From: a virus
Reading direction: 5' to 3' (one strand)
Length of the DNA: 64,000 bases
IMG/VR virus record: IMGVR_UViG_3300044991_001618
Span: 1-64,000 of that record
Shown: positions 9,644 to 19,211 of the stretch, one piece after another
Position numbering within the stretch: the stretch's first letter is position 1
Layout of the letters: every line of letters begins with the position of its first letter
Made by a program: the position numbers and the translations under genes
Notes under the pieces: generated by a model
What the model was told of the DNA's origin: nothing
Database searches by the model: none
Seen by the model: only the letters and a program-made list of their open reading frames with translations

Positions 9644-10189
9644 ATGGAAAAAGAAACATTAAAAAAGATATTTGATTTTATCAAAACAAAAGATAATAGA
9701 AATATTCCATTTATGTGGAAATTAAAAAATAATGAGCCAATAACAGAAGATGATTTGATTGTTAATGGTGATTTGGATTTGAGACCTAGTAGCATAGATT
9801 ACATGGATATAGAATCATTACCAGAAGGATTAAAAGTTTCTGGTCGTTTAGACCTTATGGGCTCAGATATGCAATTTTTACCAAAAGGCTTGGAAGTTGG
9901 TGGGTATTTGGATTTAAGTTATTCACTTATAAAATCATTACCAGAAGGATTAAAAGTTGGGGGGAGTTTATCTTTATTTGATTGTGCAAATATAACTTCA
10001 CTACCAGAAGGCTTGAAGGTTGGGGGCAATTTAGATTTAGGGGCTACAAATATAACATTATTACCAAGAGGGTTAAAAGTTGAGGGTTATATAGAGTTGA
10101 ATGGTACAAAATTAACAGGATACTCAGATGGTGAATTAAGAAATATGGTCAAACCTGGATATATAAAAGGAAGAATAATTAAATTTTAG
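9644..10189 (+). CDS. LRR family protein, array 1 gene 4
   Basis: Same caps and repeats; 3' half resembles gene 2. Confidence 0.85.
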   Translation: MEKETLKKIFDFIKTKDNRNIPFMWKLKNNEPITEDDLIVNGDLDLRPSSIDYMDIESLPEGLKVSGRLDLMGSDMQFLPKGLEVGGYLDLSYSLIKSLPEGLKVGGSLSLFDCANITSLPEGLKVGGNLDLGATNITLLPRGLKVEGYIELNGTKLTGYSDGELRNMVKPGYIKGRIIKF

Positions 10190-10192
10190 TTA

Positions 10193-10717
10193 ATGGAAAA
10201 AGAAACACTAAAAAAAATATTCAATTTTCTTGAAGAAAATGAAAGACATCAAACTCCATTTTTGTGGAAATGGGTAAATAATATACCATTAACAGAAAAA
10301 GATTTAAATATTGAAGGTAATTTGGATTTAACAGACACAGATATTAAATCATTACCAGATGGATTGAAAGTTGCTGGGAATTTGAATTTAACTGAAACAG
10401 ATATGGAATCATTACCAGAAAGATTGGAAGTTGCTGGTAATTTATATTTGGATCACAGTTTTATAAAATCATTACCAAAGGACTTGAAGGTTGGGGGGTA
10501 TTTGAGTATTGAAGCCACTTACATAAAATCATTACCAAGAGGCTTACAAGTTGGTGGTGATTTATATTTGAATGATAGTAAATTACTTAATAATATAGAT
10601 TATAATGATAGTAATGAATTAAGGGATATTGTAAAAAAAATGGTTGAACCTGGTTTTATTAAAGGTAATGTAATTTTTGATGAAGAAGGTGAGAATTGGC
10701 TTAAATCAGACATGTAA
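10193..10717 (+). CDS. LRR family protein, array 1 gene 5
   Basis: Same caps and repeats; closely resembles gene 1. Confidence 0.85.
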   Translation: MEKETLKKIFNFLEENERHQTPFLWKWVNNIPLTEKDLNIEGNLDLTDTDIKSLPDGLKVAGNLNLTETDMESLPERLEVAGNLYLDHSFIKSLPKDLKVGGYLSIEATYIKSLPRGLQVGGDLYLNDSKLLNNIDYNDSNELRDIVKKMVEPGFIKGNVIFDEEGENWLKSDM

Positions 10718-11268
10718 TGGAAAAAGAAACACTAAAAAACATACTTGATTTTCTTAAAGAAAAGGAAGGGAAATCATCTATTAGATGGAAATTATTACAT
10801 AATGAACCATTTACAGAAGAAGAGTTAAATGTTGATGGTAAGTTTATTTTTGATGGATTTTTGGATTTATCAGGCAAAAATATAACATCATTACCAAAAG
10901 GATTGGAAGTTAGGGGTAATTTATATTTAAGAAACTGTAAAAGTTTAACATCCTTACCAGAAGGATTGTCTGTTTGGGGGACTTTGGATTTAAAAGGTTC
11001 AACTATAAAATCCTTACCAGAAGGACTACTCCTTGGTGGTTTGAATTTAACAAATTGCAAAAGTTTAACATCCTTACCAGAAGGAATGAAAGTTGGTCGT
11101 GGTGGTTTGAATTTAACAAATTGCAAAAGTTTAACCTCATTACCAAAAGGATTAAAAGTTGGTGAAAATTTATATATTAAAAACAGCCCATTAGCAAAAT
11201 TTTCAGATGAGAGTTTAAAAGATATGATTGGATTAAATGGATATATAAAAGGAAAAATAGTTAGATAA
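10717..11268 (+). CDS. LRR family protein, array 1 gene 6
   Basis: Same caps; LxNCKSLTSLP repeats; TAATG overlap. Confidence 0.85.
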   Translation: MEKETLKNILDFLKEKEGKSSIRWKLLHNEPFTEEELNVDGKFIFDGFLDLSGKNITSLPKGLEVRGNLYLRNCKSLTSLPEGLSVWGTLDLKGSTIKSLPEGLLLGGLNLTNCKSLTSLPEGMKVGRGGLNLTNCKSLTSLPKGLKVGENLYIKNSPLAKFSDESLKDMIGLNGYIKGKIVR

Positions 11269-11747
11269 TGAAAAAAGAAACACTAAAAAAGATATTTGAT
11301 TTTCTTGAAGAAAATCATAATAAAAGAAAACCACTTATGTGGAAATTAAAAAACAATATACCAATAACAGAAAAAGATGATTTGATTGTTAAAGGTAGTT
11401 TGGATTTATCTAGTTCAAACATAACCTCACTACCAAAAGGTTTGGAAGTTAAAGGTGGTTTAAGTTTATATGAATCAGAAATAATCTCCTTACCAGAAGG
11501 CTTGAAGGTTGGGGGTGATTTAGATTTAAGAAATTCATATATAGAAAGTTTACCAGAAGGATTGGAAGTTGGGGATGAATTGGATTTAGCATATACATAC
11601 ATAACATCACTACCAAAAGGTTTAAAAGTTGGGAGTATTTTGATTATAATTGAGAGTGAATTATTAAAATATTCAGATAAAGAAATAAGAAAAATGATTG
11701 AACCTGGGTATATTAAAGGGAAAATAATTAGAGAATATTATAGATAA
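11268..11747 (+). CDS. LRR family protein, array 1 gene 7
   Basis: Same caps and repeats; TAATG overlap. Confidence 0.85.
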   Translation: MKKETLKKIFDFLEENHNKRKPLMWKLKNNIPITEKDDLIVKGSLDLSSSNITSLPKGLEVKGGLSLYESEIISLPEGLKVGGDLDLRNSYIESLPEGLEVGDELDLAYTYITSLPKGLKVGSILIIIESELLKYSDKEIRKMIEPGYIKGKIIREYYR

Positions 11748-11771
11748 TTTACTATATTTACACAAAAAAAC

Positions 11772-12569
11772 ATGGACAAAGAACTTTTAAAAGAAATATT
11801 ATCAATCCCCTCCTATTCGGGTGATGAAACAAAATTGGTTAATTTTATTACCAGTTATTTAGATGCTAACGATATCAAATACACATTAGATGAAATGAAA
11901 AACATTTATTGTGTGAAAGGTGAAGCAGAGTATTATCCTTGTGTCGTAGCACACACAGATACTGTCCATAACAACACTTTTATAGATGTTAGAACTGAAC
12001 TTAAACCAAACTCCAAAAGAGTCTTAAAAGAGGCGTATAAGGGTTATGATGTAAAAGGAAACCCAACAGGAATTGGTGGTGATGATAAGGCTGGAGTATT
12101 TGCTTGTCTTACTTTATTAAAGGAATTACCAGTAATAAAAGCGGCCTTTTTTGTTTCAGAAGAAATTGGTTGCGTGGGATCATTAAACGCTGATGCAAAT
12201 TTTTTCCTAGATGTGGGTTATGCAATTCAATTTGATGCCCCCTTTGATTGGATGGTAAGTGAAATATCTTCTGGAGTTAGATTATTTGACAGAGATAGCA
12301 AGTTCTTCACAAAGATAGATAAGGTATTAACAGAAAACACAAACCCCCAATATCAATCACACCCATATACCGATATATTTGCCTTAAAGAAATTATTTGA
12401 TTTTAGTTGTGTTAATATATCAATAGGATATTATGATTACCACACAAAGGATGAATATGTTGTTTTAGAAGATGTGGAGAAAGGAATTAAAATGGGCAGA
12501 GAAATGATAGAAAGTTTAGGATACAAGAAATATTACAAAAAATATAAACCATTAAGAATATTAGGATAA
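11772..12569 (+). CDS. M20/M28/M42-clan zinc aminopeptidase
   Basis: AHTDTV, GGDDKAG, EEIG, YH metal ligands. Confidence 0.85.
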   Translation: MDKELLKEILSIPSYSGDETKLVNFITSYLDANDIKYTLDEMKNIYCVKGEAEYYPCVVAHTDTVHNNTFIDVRTELKPNSKRVLKEAYKGYDVKGNPTGIGGDDKAGVFACLTLLKELPVIKAAFFVSEEIGCVGSLNADANFFLDVGYAIQFDAPFDWMVSEISSGVRLFDRDSKFFTKIDKVLTENTNPQYQSHPYTDIFALKKLFDFSCVNISIGYYDYHTKDEYVVLEDVEKGIKMGREMIESLGYKKYYKKYKPLRILG

Positions 12570-12573
12570 AAAG

Positions 12574-12600
12574 AAATGGGGGTTGTTAGCCCCCATTTTT
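12574..12600. terminator. bidirectional terminator
   Basis: AAATGGGGG...CCCCCATTTTT between convergent genes. Confidence 0.7.
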
Positions 12601-12602
12601 GT

Positions 12603-14603
12603 TTAGTTTAGAATAACATTTTCATCTTTTGCAGTTAATTGGTATTTACCCCCTTCTTTAACCACATCATTTAATACTTCATCAGAAATTAAATCTTCAA
12701 TTTTATCTTGAATTGCTCGTTTTATTGGTCTTGCACCATAAGTTTCATCAAACCCAATTTTTGATATTAAATCAACAACACTATCATCATAAGTGAAATT
12801 GTATTTTGATTCTTTTAGTCTATCAATCAACTTGTTAAGTTCAATTCTTGTGATTTTCTTAACATTATCATCATTTAATGTATTGAATACAACTGTATCA
12901 TCAATACGATTTAAGAATTCTGGTGAGAAAAACTTTTTAAGTTCAGCCATTAGCATAGATTTTTTTGCTTCTTCATTACCATATTTTGAACTAGTGAAAC
13001 TAATACCTGTACCAAAGTCAGAGAATTTCTTAATACCCAAGTTTGATGTTAAAATGATTATGGTATTTTTAAAATTAATTGTTTTTCCCATAGCATCAGT
13101 AAGATGACCATCATCCAGAATTTGCAATAATAAATGGAATACATCTTTATGTGCTTTTTCTATCTCATCAAATAAAATAACAGAATAAGGATTGTTTTTA
13201 ACTTTTTCAGTTAATTGACCACCTTCATCATGTGAAACATATCCTGGAGGTGAACCAATTAATCTTGATATGGTATGCTTTTCTTGGTATTCACTCATAT
13301 CAACACGAATTAGTGATTTTTCATTCCCAAACAATTGTTTTGCAAGTTGTTTTGCAAGATGCGTCTTACCAACACCTGTGGATCCCAAACAAATAAAACT
13401 ACCAATTGGTCGGTTGGGGTCTTTTATGTTTAATCTATTTCTCTTAATTGCTTTAACAATTGAATCAACTGCTTGGTCTTGCCCAATAACTTTATCTTTA
13501 ATCTTTTTATCAATATTGATAAGTTTTTGCTTTTCATCAAGATTTAATTGTTCAATTGGGATGTTTGTCATAATTGATACAACAGAATAAACATCTTCTT
13601 CATCAATTTTTCTTTTGTTTTTAATATTATCTTCTTCAAACTTTTTTGTTTCAGCATCAAGTTTGGTTAATAATTTTAATTCCTTATCCCTAATTTCAGC
13701 AGCCAATTCATATTCTTGGTTGATAACAACTCTTGTTTTTTCTTGTTTTAGTTCAGAAATTTTTTCTTTTAACTTTTTGATTGATTCTGGAATTTTAACT
13801 TCAACTTGTTGCCTTGCACCAACTTCATCAATAACATCAAATCCCTTATCTGGGAATGCTCTGTCTGTGATATATCTATCAGCCAATCTAACACATAATT
13901 CAATTATCTCATCACTATATATTGATTTATGAAATGATTCATATTTATCAATGGATTGTTTAATGATTGTTATTGTTTCTGCTATTGAGGGTTGTTCAAG
14001 TTTGATTTTTTGAAATCTTCTTGCTAATGCCCCATCTTTCTCAATTGATTTTTTATATTCATCAAATGTGGTTGCCCCAATGCATTGAATATCCCCAGAT
14101 GCTAATGCTGGCTTGAATATATTTGCACCATCCATAGAATTTGAAGAATTACCAGAGCCAATTAATGTGTGAATTTCATCAATAAACACAACCACATTTG
14201 GATTTGATGTTAATTCATCAATAATAACTTTCATTCTTTCTTCAAACTGACCCCTATATTTGGTTCCAGCAACAACAGATGTTAAATCCAAATTAACAAT
14301 TCTTTTGTTCAATAAATTTTGCGGACCTTCACCTTTTGAAATCATTAAAGCAACGCCTTCAATTAAGTTAGTTTTACCACAACCAGCCTCACCAAGGATT
14401 AATGGGTTGTTCTTTTTTCGTCTTGATAAGATTTGAGCCAATCTCTTAACCTCTTTCTCTCTACCAATTGACGCATCCAATTTCCCCATTTCAGCTAGTT
14501 TGGATAAATCCCTACTAAAATTGTCTAAGACTGGGGTTTTTGAACTTGAGGTATTTTTCTTACCTCTTGTTGTTTTTTCATCATCAAAATAGTCAACATT
14601 CAT
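12603..14603 (-). CDS. clpC: ClpC-type Hsp100 AAA+ ATPase lacking the N-terminal domain
   Basis: Two Walker A motifs (GEAGCGKT, GSTGVGKT), KYRGQFEER, UVR-like YELAAEIRD, GARP. Confidence 0.88.
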   Translation of the reverse strand: MNVDYFDDEKTTRGKKNTSSSKTPVLDNFSRDLSKLAEMGKLDASIGREKEVKRLAQILSRRKKNNPLILGEAGCGKTNLIEGVALMISKGEGPQNLLNKRIVNLDLTSVVAGTKYRGQFEERMKVIIDELTSNPNVVVFIDEIHTLIGSGNSSNSMDGANIFKPALASGDIQCIGATTFDEYKKSIEKDGALARRFQKIKLEQPSIAETITIIKQSIDKYESFHKSIYSDEIIELCVRLADRYITDRAFPDKGFDVIDEVGARQQVEVKIPESIKKLKEKISELKQEKTRVVINQEYELAAEIRDKELKLLTKLDAETKKFEEDNIKNKRKIDEEDVYSVVSIMTNIPIEQLNLDEKQKLINIDKKIKDKVIGQDQAVDSIVKAIKRNRLNIKDPNRPIGSFICLGSTGVGKTHLAKQLAKQLFGNEKSLIRVDMSEYQEKHTISRLIGSPPGYVSHDEGGQLTEKVKNNPYSVILFDEIEKAHKDVFHLLLQILDDGHLTDAMGKTINFKNTIIILTSNLGIKKFSDFGTGISFTSSKYGNEEAKKSMLMAELKKFFSPEFLNRIDDTVVFNTLNDDNVKKITRIELNKLIDRLKESKYNFTYDDSVVDLISKIGFDETYGARPIKRAIQDKIEDLISDEVLNDVVKEGGKYQLTAKDENVILN

Positions 14604-14656
14604 ATCTTATGTTTTTTTATAAATATGCTACAAATTTTGTACTAATCAAATAGTTT

Positions 14657-14731
14657 TGACAAATTGTCTTATAATTTCATTGTATTATGACAAATTGTCT
14701 TATTGATATATATATAACTGCCATTTTGTCA
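14657..14731. promoter_or_regulatory. three phased TGACA-N3-TGTC-like operator boxes
   Basis: TGACAAATTGTCTTAT at 14657 and 14688, TGCCATTTTGTCA at 14719; 31-bp period, between divergent clpC and hsp20. Confidence 0.6.
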
Positions 14732-14745
14732 TATAAAAATATATT

Positions 14746-14760
14746 TGGCATTATATTTGA
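14746..14760 (+). promoter_or_regulatory. sigma54-like -24/-12 element upstream of hsp20
   Basis: TGGCATTATATTTGA versus consensus TGGCACG-N4-TTGC. Confidence 0.4.
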
Positions 14761-14801
14761 CTTTATCATAAAAAAAATAAACATTTATAAAAATTAAAAT
14801 T

Positions 14802-15215
14802 ATGAAAGACAGAGATTATTTAGCAGAGCTATTATTTGGATTATCAAATCCATTTGGCTTATCAAGTTCAGTACCGTTTGCATCAGATTCCACTTATGGT
14901 CATTATGGGATTAAACATAGCGCCTATGATAGTGAATATGATATTGAATTAACTAAGGATGGTGCATACATATCCTTTGAAGTTCCAGGTTTTACCAAAG
15001 ATAACTTAGAAATATCTATAGAAGATAGGGTAGTCATAATTAAAGGTGAAAGGGTTGTCAATAAGAAAGGCGAAGTTAAGAAAATACTTCACAAATACAA
15101 AGTTGATAGCAACTTTAATGAATCAAATATTGAAGCAACAGTATCAAATGGTATTTTAACATTATTCTTGCCAAATTATATTGCTAAACCTAAAAAAACA
15201 ATAACAATTAACTAA
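14802..15215 (+). CDS. small heat-shock protein (Hsp20/alpha-crystallin)
   Basis: [27 protein letters not shown]. Confidence 0.9.
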   Translation: MKDRDYLAELLFGLSNPFGLSSSVPFASDSTYGHYGIKHSAYDSEYDIELTKDGAYISFEVPGFTKDNLEISIEDRVVIIKGERVVNKKGEVKKILHKYKVDSNFNESNIEATVSNGILTLFLPNYIAKPKKTITIN

Positions 15216-15646
15216 TGACAAAAGTAAAAATTGAAACAGCAAAGGGGGTGATGATTGCTGAATTGTATGACAATGAAACCCCAATTACCGTTGATAATTT
15301 TAAGAAATTAATCAATGAAGGATTTTATAATGGATTAAATTTCCATAGGGTTATTCCCAACTTTATGATACAAGGTGGTTGCCCAAATGGTGTTGGAAAT
15401 GGTGGACCAGGATATAATATTAAGTGTGAGGTTAATGCTGATAAACAACAACACGATAGGGGTGTATTGAGTATGGCTCATGCTGGTAGGGATACTGGGG
15501 GATCACAATTCTTCATATGTCATAATAGGCAAGGTGTTGCTCATTTGGATGGAAATCATACATGCTTTGGTAAAGTTGTTGATGGGTTGGATGTAATTGA
15601 TTCAATTAGCCAAGGTGATTTAATAAATAGTATTTCAATAATTTAA
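15215..15646 (+). CDS. cyclophilin-type peptidyl-prolyl isomerase
   Basis: [34 protein letters not shown]. Confidence 0.95.
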   Translation: MTKVKIETAKGVMIAELYDNETPITVDNFKKLINEGFYNGLNFHRVIPNFMIQGGCPNGVGNGGPGYNIKCEVNADKQQHDRGVLSMAHAGRDTGGSQFFICHNRQGVAHLDGNHTCFGKVVDGLDVIDSISQGDLINSISII

Positions 15647-15651
15647 CAAAG

Positions 15652-16116
15652 ATGAAAAATTTTATATTATTTTTGGGTTTAATATCCATTTTTTCTTGTG
15701 AAAAAGAAGTTGTGCAAACAAAAGATGTTGTGAAAGCAAAGCAAATAAATGCTGTTATTTTAACAATTGATTCAATTACAAAATATTCTAGCATAAATGA
15801 AGATTGGTTTTCAATTGCCTCAAATAAATCTTATAATGTTTCAACTGAATTTTTTAATAATGATTCATTGGGTAATATCACCAACTTAACAAATATCATA
15901 ATTGATAGTAATTATACTGTTGAGTATAAACTATATCCATCAACCAAAAGTAATATAACTATTCTGGATAAGAATAAAATTGGGAATAATTTGGGATTAC
16001 TTTTCAATATAAAGACAACAACACCTGAATTTGGTTTTATGGATGTTAAAGTTTATAACAATAAATGTGAATCTATTTTCAAATATCAATATTCATTTAT
16101 TGTAGCAACACCTTAA
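15652..16116 (+). CDS. putative lipoprotein
   Basis: Signal peptide with IFSC lipobox. Confidence 0.7.
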   Translation: MKNFILFLGLISIFSCEKEVVQTKDVVKAKQINAVILTIDSITKYSSINEDWFSIASNKSYNVSTEFFNNDSLGNITNLTNIIIDSNYTVEYKLYPSTKSNITILDKNKIGNNLGLLFNIKTTTPEFGFMDVKVYNNKCESIFKYQYSFIVATP

Positions 16117-16143
16117 TATTATTTAAGTGTATTTTTCCATTCC

Positions 16144-16175
16144 ACCCCCATTCTTAATTAGTCTGGGGGTTTTTT
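16144..16175 (+). terminator. intrinsic terminator (copy 1 of a duplicated element)
   Basis: ACCCCCA-TTCTTAATTAGTC-TGGGGGT-TTTTT. Confidence 0.75.
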
Positions 16176-16208
16176 ATTTTTGGTATATTTATATATAAAA
16201 TTCAATTT

Positions 16209-16451
16209 ATGGGAATTACAAAAGAAATTATAAGTGGAACTAAAATCATTAATGAGATTAAATCTAGTAATATTAAGAAAAGTGAATATGACTTAAATAC
16301 AAAAAAGTTATTGATTACATTCAATAATGATATTATGTATGAGTATGATGATGTTCCGCATAAATTATATACTCAATTTAGATTATCAGAATCACAAGGT
16401 AAATTCTTTAGCACAAATATTGCTAAAAGTTTTAAATATGTTAAAAAATGA
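16209..16451 (+). CDS. KTSC domain protein
   Basis: SSNI...YD...L.ITF...YEYDDVP...SQGKFF. Confidence 0.85.
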   Translation: MGITKEIISGTKIINEIKSSNIKKSEYDLNTKKLLITFNNDIMYEYDDVPHKLYTQFRLSESQGKFFSTNIAKSFKYVKK

Positions 16452-17191
16452 AAGATAATATAATTCAAAGTTTTGTTGTTAAAGATACATTGAATCCCAA
16501 GGTCTGGGAAACTCCAAATGATATAAAGAAAGCAAAAATTAAATCTGAAATTAAAAAGGGTTTATTAGATATTGCAAAAGAATTTATTGAATTTCTGGAT
16601 GAAGAAGTCTTTATTGAGGACATTATATTAACTGGCTCAATATCCAATTATAATTGGTCAGAATATTCTGATTTTGATTTACATATTGTTATTGATTTGG
16701 ATCAATTTGATGATGATGGTGAAATATATTTAAAATTATTTTCAGCAAAAAAATTAATATTTAACGAAAAACATAATTTAACCATAAAAGGTTATGATGT
16801 TGAGGTTTTTCCACAAGATTCAAAAGAGAAACATTCAGGTGAAGGACAATATTCATTAATGAATAGTGAATGGCTTGTTATCCCCAAAAAAGAAAAACCA
16901 CCAGTTAATAAAGCAAAATTAAAGTTAAAAATTGACCATTGGGTTGGGGTTGTTAAAAAAACATTAATAGATGCAGATAAGTCTTCATTAAAAGTTGCAA
17001 AAAGTAATATAAAAAAATTAACAGATAAATTAAGGAAGTTTAGGCAAGGTGGATTGGAAAAGGGAGGTGAATTTTCAAATGAAAATTTGGTTTATAAGTA
17101 TTTAAGGCGAAGTGGGCTATTAGATAAGGTGTTTAATTATCAATATAAGAAAAGAACCAAAGAGTTATCCATTGAAAATGAAATTTATTAA
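16448..17191 (+). CDS. Pol-beta-like nucleotidyltransferase
   Basis: LTGS...SDFDLH...YDVE catalytic motif. Confidence 0.75.
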   Translation: MKDNIIQSFVVKDTLNPKVWETPNDIKKAKIKSEIKKGLLDIAKEFIEFLDEEVFIEDIILTGSISNYNWSEYSDFDLHIVIDLDQFDDDGEIYLKLFSAKKLIFNEKHNLTIKGYDVEVFPQDSKEKHSGEGQYSLMNSEWLVIPKKEKPPVNKAKLKLKIDHWVGVVKKTLIDADKSSLKVAKSNIKKLTDKLRKFRQGGLEKGGEFSNENLVYKYLRRSGLLDKVFNYQYKKRTKELSIENEIY

Positions 17192-17254
17192 ATTTTATTT
17201 TTACTATATTAATATTTGACATAATAGATATATTTATATATAAATAAAATAAAA

Positions 17255-17449
17255 ATGGCAGTAGTTAGTGCAAACACGTTTTATGAATATACCAGAGGTA
17301 TGTTTGGGTTTTTTAATGGAAACCCTCTAACCGGAACAACACAAGTACCGCATCCACAAGCAGTTGTTAGAAATGCAACAGGAGGGACTGATACAGTTAT
17401 TGAAATGTCAGCAGTTGCATTAGGTGGAATAAATGGTTTAAATAATTAA
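17255..17449 (+). CDS. hypothetical small virion-like protein
   Basis: 64 aa, Gly/Thr-rich, preceded by TATTTAT and an A-rich leader. Confidence 0.6.
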   Translation: MAVVSANTFYEYTRGMFGFFNGNPLTGTTQVPHPQAVVRNATGGTDTVIEMSAVALGGINGLNN

Positions 17450-17463
17450 AAAAAATATAAAAA

Positions 17464-18819
17464 ATGAGTAAATTAAAACCAATTGGTAGTGAAAAACTAC
17501 AAGGTAGTGCAAAGCTAAATAGAATGTTAGAAATTGCTATGTATAAGGAAGTTGATAGACAAAATATCAATGAAACTAGCTCAAAAGAATATGATATAAA
17601 TCTACCTGATGGTAATAAATATTTTATTATTAAGGAAAAAGTTGGATATATAATCAAAAGAGGATTAACCGAATCAACATTGGATTATATTGAGCCAATG
17701 AAAAATAGAACATACTATAGATCATATTCACAAGCATTAAAGAAGTTAAATTTAATTACCAAAGAATTAAATGAAATTTATGATAACCCAGATGGTATTT
17801 CATTATTTGGTGAGCAAAAGAAATATACATTAAAAACACCAAAACCACCTGTTGATGATATGGGTGACGTTCCTATGCCACCACCAGCACCACCAGCAGT
17901 TCCACAGCCAGAATTACCCCCATCTCCATTGGATGGTGGAGGTGATATGGGTGATATGGGTATGCCACCACCAGAAGGGGGTGAAATGCCTCCTATGGAT
18001 GATATGGGTGGTGAAATGCCAGATATGGGTGATGATGAAATGGGTGATGATATGTCAGATATGGGCGATGATGAAATGGGTGATAAATCAAAAAAAGGTG
18101 AAGAACAAATTACATTTAAAACCATACAAAAATTAACAGGCAGATTAACACAGAAAATCAGAGCATTAGAAAATGAAGAAGGTTTAACTTCAGAAGAAAT
18201 TAAATATGTTATTAATATGGTTATTTCATCATTAAATATTGAAGCCCTTGATGAAGAGGATCTTGATGATATTATGTCAAAATTTGAAGGGGGTGAAGAT
18301 ATGGGCGATGAAGATATGGGTGAAATGCCTGATATGGGTGATGAGGATATGGGTGAAATGCCTGATATGGGTGATGAGGATATGGGTGAAATGCCTGATA
18401 TGGGTGATGAGGATATGGGTGAAATGCCTTATATGGGTCAAATGCCACCACCAGCAAATGGGGGTAATAGGGCAAGTATGGGTCAAATGCCACCACCACC
18501 AGGGGGTGATGAAAGTTATGCACCAAAAAAGAGATATTCTGAATCCAAAGTGGACAACATTTTATCAAGATACTTTGAATTAACCCCACAAGAAAAAATA
18601 TTAGCAGAACAAAGGAAGAATAAAAATGCAAAATTCTTAAAAGAAAATTTAAAATCAATAAATGTTTTATCTGAAACCAGAAACCAATATTTAGCTGCTG
18701 AAAGTTTTTTAAATAAATATAAAAGATTTAAAGTTATGGGCAAATCAAACTTGGGTAATATTATATTGAAATTAAACGAAAGAACAGTTAAGATAAATAA
18801 AAAAGGAGATATCATATAA
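17464..18819 (+). CDS. hypothetical protein with Pro/Met/Asp-rich repeats (probable head-associated)
   Basis: 451-aa ORF upstream of terminase; many (L/I)xE motifs. Confidence 0.7.
   Translation: MSKLKPIGSEKLQGSAKLNRMLEIAMYKEVDRQNINETSSKEYDINLPDGNKYFIIKEKVGYIIKRGLTESTLDYIEPMKNRTYYRSYSQALKKLNLITKELNEIYDNPDGISLFGEQKKYTLKTPKPPVDDMGDVPMPPPAPPAVPQPELPPSPLDGGGDMGDMGMPPPEGGEMPPMDDMGGEMPDMGDDEMGDDMSDMGDDEMGDKSKKGEEQITFKTIQKLTGRLTQKIRALENEEGLTSEEIKYVINMVISSLNIEALDEEDLDDIMSKFEGGEDMGDEDMGEMPDMGDEDMGEMPDMGDEDMGEMPDMGDEDMGEMPYMGQMPPPANGGNRASMGQMPPPPGGDESYAPKKRYSESKVDNILSRYFELTPQEKILAEQRKNKNAKFLKENLKSINVLSETRNQYLAAESFLNKYKRFKVMGKSNLGNIILKLNERTVKINKKGDII
18297..18440 (+). repeat. 33-bp tandem repeat encoding (MPDMGDEDMGE)n, about 4 copies
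   Basis: GATATGGGTGATGAGGATATGGGTGAAATGCCT units. Confidence 0.9.
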
Positions 18820-19211
18820 TGAATAGATTAATTTTCATAAACTCATTAGGCATCAATTATAAAGGTGATTTTATATATGAATTTATATTTTCATCTTCTG
18901 ATTCAGTTTGGGGGGAAAGTTGGGAAGCCAAACCATCAAATGGATATCCAAAGCCACCAGAATTAAAATATATTACAAAAGTTGGACAATTAACAACAGA
19001 AGATGTATCATTATATTTAATACAAAATTCAGATTATTTTTCAATGATAGATTCTGTTGATGGAGTTATTGCACTAGGTTGGGAAGTAAATGAAGATGTT
19101 AAAAATAGATTGGTATTCAAGTTTGGTGAAACTGAACAAGAAATAAAAAATAAACTATATGAAAGAGATTTAGTATTAGAATTTGAAAAAATTATGACTT
19201 ATGAAAATTAA
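18819..19211 (+). CDS. hypothetical protein
   Basis: Coupled ORF within the operon. Confidence 0.7.
   Translation: MNRLIFINSLGINYKGDFIYEFIFSSSDSVWGESWEAKPSNGYPKPPELKYITKVGQLTTEDVSLYLIQNSDYFSMIDSVDGVIALGWEVNEDVKNRLVFKFGETEQEIKNKLYERDLVLEFEKIMTYEN

Noticed and set aside
9284-10195. TAG recoding or readthrough fusing LRR genes (TAG-NNN-ATG in frame at four junctions)
   Set aside because: Core genes are intact under the standard code and TAG also ends unrelated genes; the spacing is explained by the conserved junction motif.
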